From Octopus sinensis (lineage: Eukaryota): DNA of 64,000 nt. The translations under genes and the position numbers were made by a program. The stretch covers positions 71,300,001-71,364,000 of the forward strand of contig NC_043002.1 of NCBI RefSeq assembly GCF_006345805.1, given 5' to 3'. The notes beneath the pieces are model-generated. The model ran no database searches, was not told the DNA's origin, and saw nothing but the letters and a program-made list of their open reading frames with translations. Positions 26,199-41,448 of this stretch are shown in pieces. Numbering within the stretch: position 1 is the first letter of the stretch; every line of letters starts with the position of its first letter.

Positions 26199-26515
26199 GT
26201 ATTTACGTCTGTTATTTATTTAATTTTTCATATGTCCTGCCCGCCAAAGTTGGTTCTGGTGTTCGCTGAATTCTTCCTCTAGAGAATTTCCCTTGTAGTT
26301 TGATCGTTGATGATCTTCTAGCATTCTGGCCGGCTACCTAGCAGGCCAGCCCTGCCAATATACACATATATTTGAATTTTCTCTGACTCCTCAGATTTTT
26401 TGAATGCTGGACTACTGGTTTTAAATTGATATTAAAATTAATATTAATTTATCTCCCTCAATTTTTAAATATATATATTATATATATATGTATATATATA
26501 TATGTATATATATAT

Positions 26516-26611
<96 letters not shown>

Positions 26612-27375
26612 TCATATACATATTCATAGACACAATCGTACATACTTACGTATATACAGCTACATAGAAAATCTTATTAAGTATTTGAAATGTCCTTGAT
26701 AGGAGGACAGCAAAATAAATAGTTGCTATAGCCAACATTTTCAAACATCGAGAATTTCATTGTTGTTCTTATCAACAGTAAAATAGTGATCAGTTATTGA
26801 TTTTTAAATAATATTATTACAAGTAAAAATTTAATTTGTTTTCTTTAGTCGTTACTACACAATTCTTCCTCGAATTTCTTGTGGCATTTTGTCGAGATGT
26901 TGTTCCTTCATGACATCTTATTCCGTACTTGTTTCTACTTTCGCATTTGCTGTTGTAGAAAACTGATGCTACTTTTTGTTAATACACGTAATAACGTTCT
27001 AACAATGGCCTTCACTTGCGTGCTTTCAAACTTGGAGATGGAAAACACAAAGAGACAACAACATTCCTCTATTATTCTCCAAATACAATAGATGATGAAT
27101 AAAAGTATGGATGCAATTTTGTCAATATCCTGTTGTTTTTTTATGTTTGTTTATATTTTTAAGTACTTTATGTATGTGTTGTATATATCTACATGTGTGT
27201 GCATGTGTATGTGTGCGTGTGTGTGTTTGCGTATTGTACAACTTCTCTATTGAAACGCCTCCAAAACAAAGTGTTGACTCTTGTGTACATTTCCTATATA
27301 GCGTACAAAACAAAACGTGTTTCATGAGTACATGAATACACACTCATATATATATATTATATATATATATATATA

Positions 27376-27419
<44 letters not shown>

Positions 27420-28068
27420 TGTGGTGTAGGTATATATATATATATAAATGTATGTATATATATATATGTATATATATGCACATGTATATATATATATACG
27501 CACGCAAACATATATATATATATACACACACATATATATACATATATATACATATATATACATATACATATATATATATATATGTATGTATATATACATA
27601 TATGTACATATATATATGTATATATGTATGTATGCATTATGCATATGTATGTGTCGAGGTGGGTTTGTATGTATATGTTGATATCAATGTATTTATTTAC
27701 CTGTTCTTATATATGTACGTATGTTTAAATGCTCATAGATATAGCGTTGGATACGGGCGCTCACTGCATGTGTACGTTGTAATACTTTCTGTTTTTTTTC
27801 TTAAAATGTAGCTCTGAATTTTCATCCGATTCAATGTTTGGATAAGACATTACCAGTGAAACATCGAGGCGACAATAAACACAACCCACACACACTCACA
27901 CACATACATATATATAAATTAACTTAACTAAGCTTAACAATATATATATATTGTCTGTGTGTGTGTGTGAGTGTGTGTGTAGGTGTGTGGGTGATGTATG
28001 GATGGACAGATATGTCTGTGTGTACAAGTACGTGTTTGAATGTGTTATACATAAATCTCATAAAGTTT

Positions 28069-28105
<37 letters not shown>

Positions 28106-28354
28106 GTAGGTAGGTAGACAGGCAAAGAAAGAGAGGGAGTGGGGGAGATAGGGGTTATTACTCAGAGAGATTTGTATACCCGTAGTTGTCTATCTTGTTT
28201 ACATATATTTCACTGGCCAGAGTGAGTTAATTAGCTTTTTTCATATTTGTTTGAGTCATGGAAAATACCTAAACAATAATTGCGTCCCTTCTGTGTTGTT
28301 GCATGTTGCACGAGTTCTAGACGTAAGCCAGGACATTTGTCGTACTGAAATATT

Positions 28355-28760
28355 TTTATTTCTTTATTGCATTGCCCACGCGGGGCTAAACATAGAGGGA
28401 ACAAGGTCAGTCAAAAGGATTAAGTCGATTAGATCGACTCCAGTGCGTAACTGTTAATTATTGAATCAACCCCGAAAGGATGAAAAGCAAAGTCGACCTC
28501 GGCGGAGTTTGAAATCAGAACGTAACGGCAGGCAAAATACCTATTTCTTTATTGCCCACAGAGAGGACAAACAAGGACAGACAAACGGATTGAGTCGATT
28601 TTATCGACACCAGTGCGTAACTGGTACTTATTTTATCGACCCCGAAAGGATCAAGGGCAAAGTCGACCTCGGCGGAATTTGAACTCAGAACCTAGCGGCA
28701 TACGAAACACCGCAAATCATTTAGCCTGGCGTGCTAACGTTTCTGCCAGCTCGCCGCCCT
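28355..28760 (-). mobile_element. Family C SINE, duplicated body
   Basis: Reverse complement of the 6933 and 37486 elements. Confidence 0.88.
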
Positions 28761-29056
28761 GAGGATGCATATTGACATAAAACAGGACGATAACTTTCCT
28801 TTTCCATTGTTGGCATTAAGCGTGTCCTCCTCTCCTTTTTCTTAATAGTATGTCAACTTCGAAGAGTCTTTGATACATGAAATCATCTCAAGTTCTTAAT
28901 TAAAACAGGCCATCTCCTAATTGCGACATTAAATCTAGAGGCGGATATAACTTTAATGAATCTACGATTTATGTTGTATGTGTTGCATATTACTGAATTT
29001 GTATATATAGATGTATTATGTATATATATATATATTTATACGTACATACATATATA

Positions 29057-29103
<47 letters not shown>

Positions 29104-29129
29104 GTATATATATATTACTCTTTTAATCT

Positions 29130-29367
29130 TTTACTCTTTTACTCTTTTATTTTTTCAGTCATTTGAATATGGCTATGCTGGAGCACCGCCTTTAGTCGAG
29201 CAAATATCAATCCCAAGCCTTATTCTTTGTAAGACTAGTACCTATTCTATCGGCAACTTTTGCCGAACCGCTATGTTACGGAGATGTAAACGCACCAGCA
29301 TCGGTTGTCAAGGCTATAGTAGAAACACTATCCCAAGGTGCCACGCAGTGAGACTGAACCAGGAACC
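29130..29367 (-). mobile_element. Family A SINE, internally deleted
   Basis: Tail and head present; the GGTTGTCAAG|GCTATAG junction removes the microsatellite-containing middle. Confidence 0.8.
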
Positions 29368-29628
29368 ATATATATATATAATATTAATATACGCATATAT
29401 ACATACATACATGTACATGCCTACATATATATGTATATATACATGCATATATGGGTACAGGCTATCCCAAAAGAAGTTGAACACAATGAGAAGGAAAACA
29501 TAAAAACAAAAACATACAAACGAATTCTTTTTCGAACAACGGAGAAAACATAGAAATGTGACATGCAATACAAATAATATTACCTTTCTTTAGTTATCCC
29601 TATTTCATCTACTCCGCGTTACGAAGGC

Positions 29629-29694
<66 letters not shown>

Positions 29695-29789
29695 ATGGAT
29701 TCTCCCGTCGTTAGACAACATATGATGGTTTGTCAGTTTCTTGCTGAACAACAGATGATTTGTTTATAGTGATCAAATGTTTTGTGTAC

Positions 29790-30107
29790 ACATAGCAGTT
29801 GTGGTCGATCAAAAGGGTGCTAGAGGTGCCAATAATTGTCGGAGCCCTAGGAACCGTGAGTAAAAATCTCGAGAAGTACATGGAAGATACAGGAGCTGCA
29901 ATAAGGGTGGGGCACTTGCAGAAAGCAGCATTGCTTAGAACCTCTCGAGTACTCCGGAAGGTGTTCGAAATATAAGAGGTGTTACTTTAGTTCACTGGTA
30001 CTGAACAGCTGACACCGTAGTACATCTCCAGGGTTAGAAGCTGTGCAAAGGCAATGATGAAGATAATGATAATAATAACAAGAACAACAACAACAACAAC
30101 AACAATA

Positions 30108-30155
<48 letters not shown>
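29790..30155 (+). mobile_element. R4/Dong-type element 3' end with (CAA)n(TAA)n tail
   Basis: VPIIVGALGTVSKNLEKYM...LQKAALLRTSRVLRKVFEI*. Confidence 0.75.
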
Positions 30156-30608
30156 GTCATTATGAGGTAATATATATCTTATATCAAAAGCCGTTCGATT
30201 CACTTCAACATTTAAGTTCAATTTGTCAGAATATTTTCGTCGCTATAAGATCGCGACCTGTTCACTGACAAAAATCCGTGTTTCTTAAATGGCTTATAGA
30301 CACCTTCCACGCTGCAATTGTTTTCGTTCTAGCACGCGATCTCAGATCAAATCACTTGCTATGCAAGTACATCTCTGTAATATTTTATATCACGCTTCAA
30401 TAATGTTGCTACTGGAGAATCTACCGCTGAAACAAGTGTAGGGTTATGGAACAAAAGGTACTGCTGAATCCATTTTCTATTATTCATATTTTTGTATAAT
30501 TTCTAGGGATATCACAAATGTATATAGCCAGTGTTATATCGATCTTATTGGATGATAGCCGATACCTATGGACGAGTTTTTAAAGCAAATTACCTAGTTT
30601 ACATATAC

Positions 30609-30644
<36 letters not shown>

Positions 30645-30648
<4 letters not shown>

Positions 30649-30845
30649 ATGTTGGATCGTTAGCCCCTACACGCAAATTTTTTTCTCTCCTTGTTTCTTT
30701 TCTGTGTATCTTTCTGTCGAAGAGCGTAGGCTTGAGACGTAAAAGACTTGTTTTATTTCTATTCCTGAGCGCCATACTAATACATTGTTTGTTTGTACTC
30801 CACCTGCCTTCGTCTTTTGCTTATTTTCGTAAACCTTCCCGTTAC
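30645..30845 (+). mobile_element. Penelope-like terminal-repeat fragment with a decayed minimal hammerhead (30710-30745)
   Basis: CTTT CTGTCGA A GAGC GTAG GCTT GAGA CG TA AAAG. Confidence 0.55.
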
Positions 30846-30953
30846 ATATATATATATATATTCGATATTGGCATAAACATTTATGTATATATATGTATGT
30901 ATATACTTATACAGAAAGAGAAATGTGATGGAGGTATTGTTTGGTAGATAATT

Positions 30954-30988
<35 letters not shown>

Positions 30989-31618
30989 AGCGAAAGGTAC
31001 ATATACACAGACAGACACATCGACAGATATGTATTGATGGTAGCGTTAAAGATGCAACAGGCACAGTCTGTAATGGTTTATCAAGGTGGGAGGGGACGAG
31101 AAGAAAAGTGTGGAAGAGGTATGGTACTGAGCGTGCATACGCATACTTATATACATTGCACGTTACTATTAATGCTTTTGCGCATTTGCGCATAAATCTT
31201 TAAAGAGATAAGCTATATATATATATATACATACACATCAATGAATATTATACATACACACATATTTTACATGGAGAGATAGATAGATAAATAGATAGAT
31301 AGAGAGAGAGAGAGAGAGAGGCGGGGAAGTGATAGGTAGATAGACAGACAGATAGGCATATAGTTAATTATCTATATGACGGAAGTTTACGAGTGTGTGC
31401 GCCTGTTTTGTTTTCATATTAAATAACATTTATACACACACACACACATGCACACACACACACACACACACACCACACACACACATATATATATATACAT
31501 AGAGAGAGAGAAAGATAGATAGATATGCATATGTATATATATGCATATATATATATATATATATATATACACCATACATGCATACACATACACACACATA
31601 CACACACACACACACACA

Positions 31619-31667
<49 letters not shown>

Positions 31668-32790
31668 TAATATATATATGAAGGGTCGTGCTTGTGCATG
31701 TCTGTGTAGAAATGTAGGAATGTAGAGATACACGTACATTGTAAAATAGAGATAGATTTGCTATTTAGTATCATATCTAGATAAATAGATTACTTAACAA
31801 CACGTGTTGCTAAGCAATCTATTTATCGGGATATCTAGAAATCTTCAAATCTAGCTATCAAAATAGATATACTTTATATACGTTTTGCATTTTATATGGA
31901 TTCAATTATTTTATGAATTTTAATCATTCCATAGCATTAATGTTATGACAGGTGTTTGTGTGATTTTGTTTAAACGTTAGATACGTGTAATAAAGACGAA
32001 TCCCCTTTTCCACTGAATTTCAATAATAAAAGCTAAAATATAGGGTATTATATTTATTTGCAAATATATTTTGCTAAAATAAACCCATATAAAGTTGCAT
32101 TTTATTAAATAAACTAAAATAAAAGAAATGTTATCTGAAAATTTCATTCAATCGTGTTCACAAAATCCTTTTGATTTATTAAATAAATATGAATATACAA
32201 ACTGATCCCATATTTCACAGAATAATGTTTTGCATATATATAAAACATTCTGTGTTTTGCTCCATGTTGTATGCTCCAGGGAAATTCGAATTAAAAATTT
32301 AATGAATCACAGTCTATTCTAACTGAAACAAATATTTCAGTTACACTGCTAACAAGTTTTTTCTTGAGAAGAATATCATTACAAATTCATCTTCTAACCC
32401 GAAAATTCAGAGCTGTTAAGCCTCGACAAGGCATCCAAATCTTTATACTTCTAGTCGCTACCTTAAATATTAATTTAAAATGACATCACATACATTTTCG
32501 CATTCTTCCTATAGTCATTGAACATTATCAGATTCTTCCTATACTCATTGAACATCGTACATTACACGCTAAGAATTAAAAGCAAATGAATGTTTTTCGT
32601 GTATATAAACTTATATTCGGTTGGAACCCTTTTGCAATTTTTTTACCTTATTACCTTGCGATTACTTCTTTTCTTTAATATAAGAAAAATAAGGGTTACT
32701 TTTGCATCTTAATTGTTTCTTTTTAATTATTTATTTATTTATTATTTTTTTTTTTGGTGGGGGGATTTCTTTGCAGATTAATTTATTCCA

Positions 32791-33862
32791 TATTGGTTAA
32801 ATTCGTATCGCCTTTATTCTTATTTGTTCAAAATGAGACACACATCATGCTGTGTGAATTCAAAATGTGTTTGTTGACCAATAGAAACGGTAAGAAATAT
32901 TCGTTCATTTAATGGAAATGAAGCTATAACTGTCTGAACATACCAAGGATATTGTGACCAGTAACACTCGGGATTTTTCTTTTTCAGATTTCCCTCGATT
33001 TAAAAGAAAAAAAAAATTCCAGTCAATACCGAGCTACTGAATATTGTAGTTGCGAAACGTCCAAAGTAAAGTGCACGACAGTTGTTAAAACAATTTAGTT
33101 TATGTCATACCTCGCTTGTAAAACACCTGTTTGAAGTTGGAAATTGTCTGACATGAGTCAATGTTTTTCTCATCGACTGACAGCTTCGCATCTCAATCAG
33201 AGTTACACTTTTCACGTCATTACAGAGTAGATATGCTACTATCATTTTCTGGGTAGAATCATCATAAGCAATGAAAGTGAGTTCTCTATAACCATACACT
33301 ACGTATGGGAAAATGGGTAGCACCCAATGGAAATGAAGAATCCAAATGTGTACTCTATATTTGGTTAGATACGATGGGTCCCTTCTATCATGAATTGAAT
33401 TAATATACCAAAACAAATCAGATGAGAACTATTATCGTCGGTTGTACGTACTGGGCAAAATTTCGTAGAAAAACGCCCGTCATTAGTCAGTTACACGATA
33501 ATTCAAGACCACTTATTTACAAGTTCAGTTAAAAAAAAATATGGTATTAAATATGGGAGATAAGTCTCATCCTCCGTACTCTACGACCTCGCTCCACATG
33601 GCTACATCGTTTCAGGTCATTGCAATATTATTAACTGGGAAACAGTTTATTAATTGTAAAGAGATTAAAAATGATACTGAGTTTTTGGGGTTCTTTTTCT
33701 TTTTTTGCTTCGAAACATGAAGAATGTTATGCCCGATTTTTCAACGATTTATCAAACAGATAGAATTATTGTCTCAATTGTAAGGGAAAATTTATATTGA
33801 TAAAATATATCATTTGTTTCTTTTCCATCTCAAAATGCGACAATATTTTTTGGCAACTTGAC
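32791..33862 (+). mobile_element. mariner-family transposon relic, heavily decayed and internally deleted
   Basis: RHIMLCEFK, ARQLLKQFSLCHTSLVKHL, MGKWVAP, CVLYIWLD.MGPFYHEL, HDNSRP, HPPYS.DLAP..Y..FRSLQ. Confidence 0.8.
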
Positions 33863-34254
33863 ATCATTCTTAACGTCATGGGGAAAACTAAATTTTGGCA
33901 TAGTGCTGTTTATCGGAGGCGCTTTTAAAAAAGGAATCTATAATTTTACGCGAAGACGAGTCTGAACTTTCCAGAAGTCAGTACTTTACAAGCTATACAG
34001 TATGCTCGATTTTCATGTCAATATAAAGGAAAAAGTACACCTAATTACTGCAGAGATGGCTTGCATTCCTCTAGAGTTTATGCGTGCTGCAGGATTTGTA
34101 GCTTGTGTGTAACACAAAGAAACAGACACTTTGGAAGGGCTAGCAATGCAGTCGCACGCCGTTACAATCTCACAAGAACGCATGCGATACACACAGACAA
34201 CCGCATGTATATATATATTGTTTAAAAGTTTTTCTCTAAATAAGATCGCTAGCT

Positions 34255-34430
34255 ACTATACACATTTTCCCCCTTGCTTCTCTGCTGGTTTCTTTCTGTG
34301 TTCCATTGAGTGGAAGAGCATAGGCTCGAAACGTTAAGGACTTTTCAATTCTTGAGTGTTATACTAATACATCTGCTAATTTTCTACACCACCTGCCTTC
34401 GTCTTCTGTTTTTTTGTGAATTCTCCCTAT
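34255..34430 (+). mobile_element. Penelope-like terminal-repeat fragment with a decayed minimal hammerhead (~34304-34339)
   Basis: GGAAGAGCATAGGCTCGAAACGTTAAGG; homologous to 5925 and 30645. Confidence 0.5.
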
Positions 34431-34439
34431 ATATATATA

Positions 34440-35720
34440 TGTATATATATGTATATATATGTGTATATATGTGTATATCACACACACGCACACATACATA
34501 CATACATACATGCATTCATACATACATACATACATTCATACATACATACATACATACATACATACATACATACATTCACACATACATACACACATACATA
34601 CACACACACATACATATATACTCACACGTACATACACACACACATACATACACATATGCACACATACATACATTCACACACACATACATACACACACATA
34701 CATATACATACACACATACATACACACACATATACCCACACACACACGTACATACATACATACATACACACAAACTTACACACATACACATACATACATA
34801 CATACATACACACACATACACACACATACATACATACGCACATACACACACACACACATATACATACATACACACACACATACACACATATATATATACA
34901 TACATACATACACACACACATGCATACATACACGCATGCACACATACATACATACATACACACACACATACATACACTACATACATAAATACATACACAC
35001 ACATACATAAACATACATATGTACACACACGCACATACACACATACACGCATGAAAAATACATAAATACACACATACGTACATACATACATACACACACA
35101 CATACATACGTACGTACATACATACACACACATACACACATACATACATACATACACACATACACACACATACATACATACACACACGCATGCATACACA
35201 CATACACACACATACACACATACATACATACACACACGCATACATATACATACATACATACACATACACACACATACACACATACGTACACACATACATA
35301 TAAACACACATATAAGCCCCTACATTGTACATACACGCACACATATATACATACATTCACTCGCACGCACGTACACACACGCACACACACACACACATTT
35401 ACATATATATATACTATACACTCACACACACATACACGCGTACAAACACACACAAACTCACATACACACCGACAGATATACATACACAATATACACCTAA
35501 CCGCGCACGCACACATACACACAAACACATACAAACGCACACATACACGCACACACATACACGTACATACATACATACACTCTCACACAAATAAACCCAC
35601 ATATACATCCCTACACACACACACACACGTACAAGCACACACGTACTAGGTTACGCCACACACCCACACTCTACGCATACACACACGAACACACACATGC
35701 ACACACACACACACACACTA
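34440..35720 (+). repeat. ~1.3-kb compound (CA)/(CATA) microsatellite
   Basis: Direct reading; source of the His/Thr/Tyr and Val/Cys/Met pseudo-ORFs. Confidence 0.95.
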
Positions 35721-35989
35721 CAAACAACACATACACTATGATACATATAGCCCTTTGTTTTTTGACCTGGCTTTGACCTAGCTTGACACAAACAGCTAGC
35801 AGTCATCACCACAGCTGGCTTTGTCATTACCTTTTTCATCAAAAAATACACACACACACACGCACGCACAAACACACTTGTCATCTTGCACACACACACA
35901 CACAGGCATTCCCTTTTTTTGGAACTCTCTTGCATTATAAAACCATTTTTCAACTACCTCCAAATTCTGTTCTTTTCAACATGTGATCT

Positions 35990-36195
35990 CTTAAGCACCA
36001 CCAGCTCAAATATTGTCTCCTCTGTCTTCCCTCCTTGGGATCTTTCCTTCTCCTTGTTTCCGACGAAGAGCTCCGCTCGAAACGTTAAACCCTCCTTCCC
36101 TTCTTTCCTGAGCGTCAATAATACTTTAATTGTTCCACGTCCTGCGTTGCTGTGTCTTTTTCTCTTTTTTTCTGTGTTTTCTTGTTTGGATTAAC
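35990..36195 (+). mobile_element. Related Penelope-like terminal-repeat fragment with a minimal hammerhead one substitution from the canonical core (36056-36090)
   Basis: GTTT CCGACGA A GAGC TCC GCTC GAAA CG TT AAAC. Confidence 0.55.
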
Positions 36196-36204
36196 TATAT
36201 ATAT

Positions 36205-36241
<37 letters not shown>

Positions 36242-37485
36242 TAATAAAATAGAACATATGCATATATATAAAATATATGTACGTACCTACCTCTACATGT
36301 ACATATACACGCATATATGTGTACAGGACACATAGAGAGACGAAACACATAGACACAAACCAAGGAACAAGACAAGCAAAAAAAAGAGAGATACAGGACA
36401 ATAAGCACAACGAAAAATCCCCTTCTTCAGTCGCTAAGGTTTCATCTACTAAACGTTTCGAAGGATTAAAAGCGAGACGTATACTTCGAAGAAAACTTCC
36501 TTCCCGCGAAAAGCAAATCAATTAAAATTCTGAGATCTTTTCGCAGAGGGGTAAAAAAAAAAAAGGCAAGACGGTAACGACAGTACAAATATATAAACAG
36601 TAAAAAATATATATATAAACAGTGGAAAAATAAAAATATAACAGTGAGAGACAGGACAAGGAGAACAAGATAAGAAGGGCTGTTAACGCCAAACGAAAAA
36701 AGTATTGCAAACGGTGGATTATCGTGGACGACGAGAGAGAGAAAATGTGTCGACCAGTAGCCTTAGAAGGCGGGCGAGAAAAGACAGGATAGCAGTTACG
36801 ACGGAAGTATCGTCGCAGATGGACGACGGGAATGGGGGAGGAGGAGCAAGAGGAAGAGAGAGAAGAAGGGGAATGGTGCGAGGAGACCATGAAGAATGGT
36901 GAAAGGGAGAGAGAGAATGAAGAATGAGAGAGAGAGGAAGAGACAAGTTAAGTGAGGGGAAAAAAGACGAAAAAGGGAATGGGAGAGAAATATATATATA
37001 TATATGTATGTATATATATACATATACAGATTTACAAACATACATGTGTGTGAAAATACGTATCAACTGACGCATCACGATTTCTGCACAAGTGCACCTG
37101 ACACAATTCACTATTAGAATTTTTGTTTTTCTTCGGAGTAGGAAAGGTGCAAATTGGCACCTATTGGGCTTGCTTGTAAAAAAAGAAAAAGAAAAAAAAA
37201 ACCAAATGTGACTGTAATTACAATTTCCCATTTTGAAAGCAAATGTTACAAGCAATTATGTAGCTCATTATGTGCAACTTTTGATAAAGAAAGGGATTGG
37301 CACAGCATGAAATCCTTTGTTCCATCAGGGATTATCTAAGGATAATAAAGAAGATTAATTAACAAGTTCAAATTTAGTAGGCTTGTAGCAGATAGTACAG
37401 GTGGTGTGCAGCAGGATTTGTAGCTTGTGTGCAACACAAAGAAACAGCCACTTTGGAATGACTGGCATTACAGTCACACGCAGCG

Positions 37486-37900
37486 AAGGCGGCGAGCCGG
37501 TAGAAACGTTAGAATGCCGGGCGAAATTCTTAGCGGTATTTCGTCTGCCGCTTGTTCTGAGTTCAAATTCCACCAAGGTCGACTTTGCCTTTCATCTTTT
37601 CGGGGTCGATTAAATAAGTACCAGTTACGCACTGGGGTCGATGTAATCGACTTAATACCTATGTCTGTCCTTGTTTGTCCCCTCTATGTTTAGCCCCTTT
37701 TGGGCAATAAAGAAATAGGTATTTCGCTGGCGTTACGTTCTGAGTTCAAACTCCGCCGAGGTTGACTTTGCCTTTCATCCTTTCGATGTCGATAAATTAA
37801 GTACCACTTACACACTAGGGTCGATATAATCGGCTTAATCCCTTTGTCTGTCCTTGTTTGTCCCCTCTATCTTTAGCCCCTTGTGGGCAATAAAGAAATA
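37486..37900 (+). mobile_element. Family C SINE, duplicated body
   Basis: Head plus two tandem bodies, each ending CCCCTT(G/T)TGGGCAATAAAGAAATA. Confidence 0.9.
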
Positions 37901-38344
37901 AGATAGTACAGGTCGTATTATTATCGGTGGAAGAAGTCCAGAATATTACTTGTATAATGTCTTTACTGAAACTTCAAGAATGATGACCAAAGTCAATATT
38001 GTTTGTAAAGCAATCAGAATTTGGAAGATCAAAGTATTCGTGGCAGTGCTTGTCATTGCTATTTTATTTCTCTATAAAATACGAGATTGTGGCTGATTAA
38101 TTTATCAACATACCTTTGTGGTTAGCACCCATGAACTTAGACCTTCCATTGTTTGAGACACATAATGTGTTTGATAAATTTAAAATCTATCTAGCTTTGA
38201 ATATTATTGTACTTATCTGTAACATAACATTTTGTTATTACACCTAATGTTGCATAATTATTACTTTTGTTTTGTGAGATGAGATCAAGTAGTAGAAAAT
38301 TATTTTTTTCCAATATTACACGATTCAGGCAAAAATTCTGACCA

Positions 38345-38517
38345 CTGACACAAAAGCGGCTGTGTGGTAAGAAACTTGCTTCTCAACCACATGGTACCGG
38401 GGGTTCAGTCTCACTGCATGGCACCTTGGGCAAGCGTCTTCCACTATTATCTTGGGCCAACCAAAGCCTTGTGATTGGAGTGGATTTGGTGAACTGAAAC
38501 TGAAAGAAGCCCGTCGT

Positions 38518-38584
<67 letters not shown>

Positions 38585-38668
38585 TATATATGTATGTATG
38601 TATGCATATATAAATATATATATATGTATATATGTATGTATGTATATAATTTTGTATCTGTGTTTGTA
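38345..38668 (+). mobile_element. Family A SINE, partial, with an expanded (TA)n; followed by an antisense family B head (38670-38708)
   Basis: GGCTGTGTGGTAAG...CCTTGGGCAAG...GAAAGAAGCCCGTCG; reverse complement of GGAGGTGCAATGGCCCAGTGG. Confidence 0.8.
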
Positions 38669-40226
38669 CGACCACGAGTCCTAGCCACTGGGCCATTGCA
38701 CCTCCACCCAACAATATATAAAGAAGATCAATCATTCATACATGGTGCAAAATATTTGAAATACAGCTCGGTTAATGCTATATGCGTTGGTCTGGGGTAA
38801 ATGTAAAGACTATTACCATTGACAATACTATTGAAGACATATTCATTATTTGTTGAGTAGTGATTGATGACGTACCATTCAAAGCGACGTCAAATTATGA
38901 CATTCTCAATTATATTCAACATCTCGCTTTTCTACTTTGCTGAAATTAATACTTTCTAATCCTATCATTGTTTATATACTTCTTTCAGATTCATACTTCT
39001 TTCAGATTGTGACATGCTTTAGTGTTTAATCGCGGATATCCCCATTCGATGACACTAAAATATTGCCTACAGCTTCCGTGAAGTTTTTTCTATCGTTGAC
39101 AAGTAATATGAAACTCCATCTCAATTGCAGTTTAGTATTTTAACGACACATACAAAATGTACTGTTAAATTCTGTAAGATTGGCTTCATTAAACAGTGTA
39201 CTATAGCTTTGTTTTGCCATAAAACTAATAGAAAATTTTGAAGAACGTATCTATACAAGAGTTTAGAAAAATGTTATAATGGAAATGACGTGACTTAAAC
39301 TGTGAAGTGTATTAACAACGAAGTGTTATGACCCAAGGAAATCATTTCCTCTTTTATGATGCTTCACACAGTTGCTCACTCTCCAAATAAGTGGTTAAGC
39401 CACAACTGGTAATAATAAATAATAAAGTAAAGTATTTTTCATTTTGCGACATTGAATGGAAAATAAAGGAGAATCTATGTCAGATTGTATATCCGATATT
39501 AGAAACGAAGATTCTCCGGGGAACCGCAATACTTTTACATACGTTGTGTTTATTTGAGAAAATCGTGTTTCATTAGTCGATTGTAAAATATTGTTCCATG
39601 GATTATTGCTGAATTTATGCAAGCAGCACTCGAAGCCATGTGTGTACGAGGGACAATAAAAAAATTTGAGGTTCAACATGGTGAAGGTAATTTGTTGAAA
39701 GCTCAATAGAAAGACAAAGAGAAAGATAGAGAAAGAGGGGGAGATAACCTAGGATGTCAGTCGTAACTACAACAGCAAAAAATAAATACTACAATTTCAG
39801 CTGTACCCCTATAGAAGGAAAAAAATGACAGAAAGTATCATGGAGAATAATAACAATCTCATTGGCAACAAAAGTAATACTGCTAATAAAACGGTTGATA
39901 ATGAGGACGACTAGAAGAAGGGAAAGAACACGTATTAAAAAATAGGTTTAACCGGGATATAAATAATTTGTTTATGCCTCTTAAGCATTATGGAAGGCTT
40001 GTAAAAAAAGAAAAAAAGAAAATTAAAGCATGAACAAACATAAGGAGAGACACACACACACATCAACATAGTACACACGCGCACGCCCAAACACAGATAT
40101 AGACATATAAGCACACACACACACACACATTAATACAGCCATGGAGACATATGAATGTTAGAGAGACATAAAAAAAATTACTCTGATATATTAGCGTTAG
40201 TTCTCTCTCTCTCTCTCTTTACATAC

Positions 40227-40317
<91 letters not shown>

Positions 40318-40390
40318 ATATATATATGTATATATATATATATATAGTGTGTATATATATATGTATATATATGTATATATATATATGTAT

Positions 40391-40439
<49 letters not shown>

Positions 40440-40447
40440 GTGTATGA

Positions 40448-40491
<44 letters not shown>

Positions 40492-40984
40492 GTGTGTGTA
40501 TGTAATTAATAGTCATAGAAACGTGTATTTGTCTATATGTGATTTTTTGCTTGCTGGAAATATTTTAGCGTTTGTTTGTCCATATTTCTTTTTTTTTTAT
40601 AATAATATATTACAAATTCATTCACACGGCAAAATTATTTTCATATATTTTGCTTTATTTCTAGTTTCCCGAAACCAACCAAATCTTCATGTATGCAATT
40701 CGTCTCTAAAAACTGTTTCACATATCACTCACTGCTGAATGAGTCCTTGAATGCGGTTACTGGGAAATTTAAATAAAAATGGAAAAAAAATATGTGTATT
40801 GTGTGGAATAAATGTTAGGAAACAGTTGTCAGGAAATGGGTGAAATAGCAAAGTTGCAACCACCTCTCTGTCTTGCGATGGAATTGATTGTTCAGCAGAA
40901 TCGATAGAGCGCGAGACAGGACAACACTGCTAGTTCGTTGCGACTGTTTTTCAGTAGAATCGTCATTGATGTTGTCGACCGTAT

Positions 40985-41180
40985 CCTCCTCCTCCTCCTC
41001 CTCATCATCATCATCACCATCATTACCACAACCACCACCAACCCTACCACAACTACTACCACTGTTAACATCATTACCATCACGAACATCACCATCACTA
41101 CCATCATCATCACCACCATCACCACCATCAAAATCATGATCTCCATCACCGCCACCATCATCACTATCATCATCACCATC

Positions 41181-41245
<65 letters not shown>

Positions 41246-41394
41246 TATTATTATCACCATCAACACCGCAGCCACCACCACCACTATCATAACCATTATC
41301 ACCATCATCATTACCATTATCACCATCATCATCACCATCCCCACCATCATCACCATCATCATCCACATCATCCTCATCAGCTTCACGTTGATCG

Positions 41395-41448
<54 letters not shown>

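Noticed and set aside
34310-35640. Long ORFs of 180-250 aa rich in H/T/Y or V/C/M
   Set aside because: They are translations of a compound CA/CATA microsatellite. The same applies to the many IY-repeat ORFs across the window.
36415-36470. Possible type II hammerhead on the minus strand (GAAACG...CTGAAGA)
   Set aside because: No convincing stem I and poor stem II pairing.
37980-38096. 38-aa ORF resembling a type II membrane anchor (KIKVFVAVLVIAILFLYK)
   Set aside because: Short, stops immediately, has no good splice donor, and hydrophobic runs are common by chance in AT-rich DNA.
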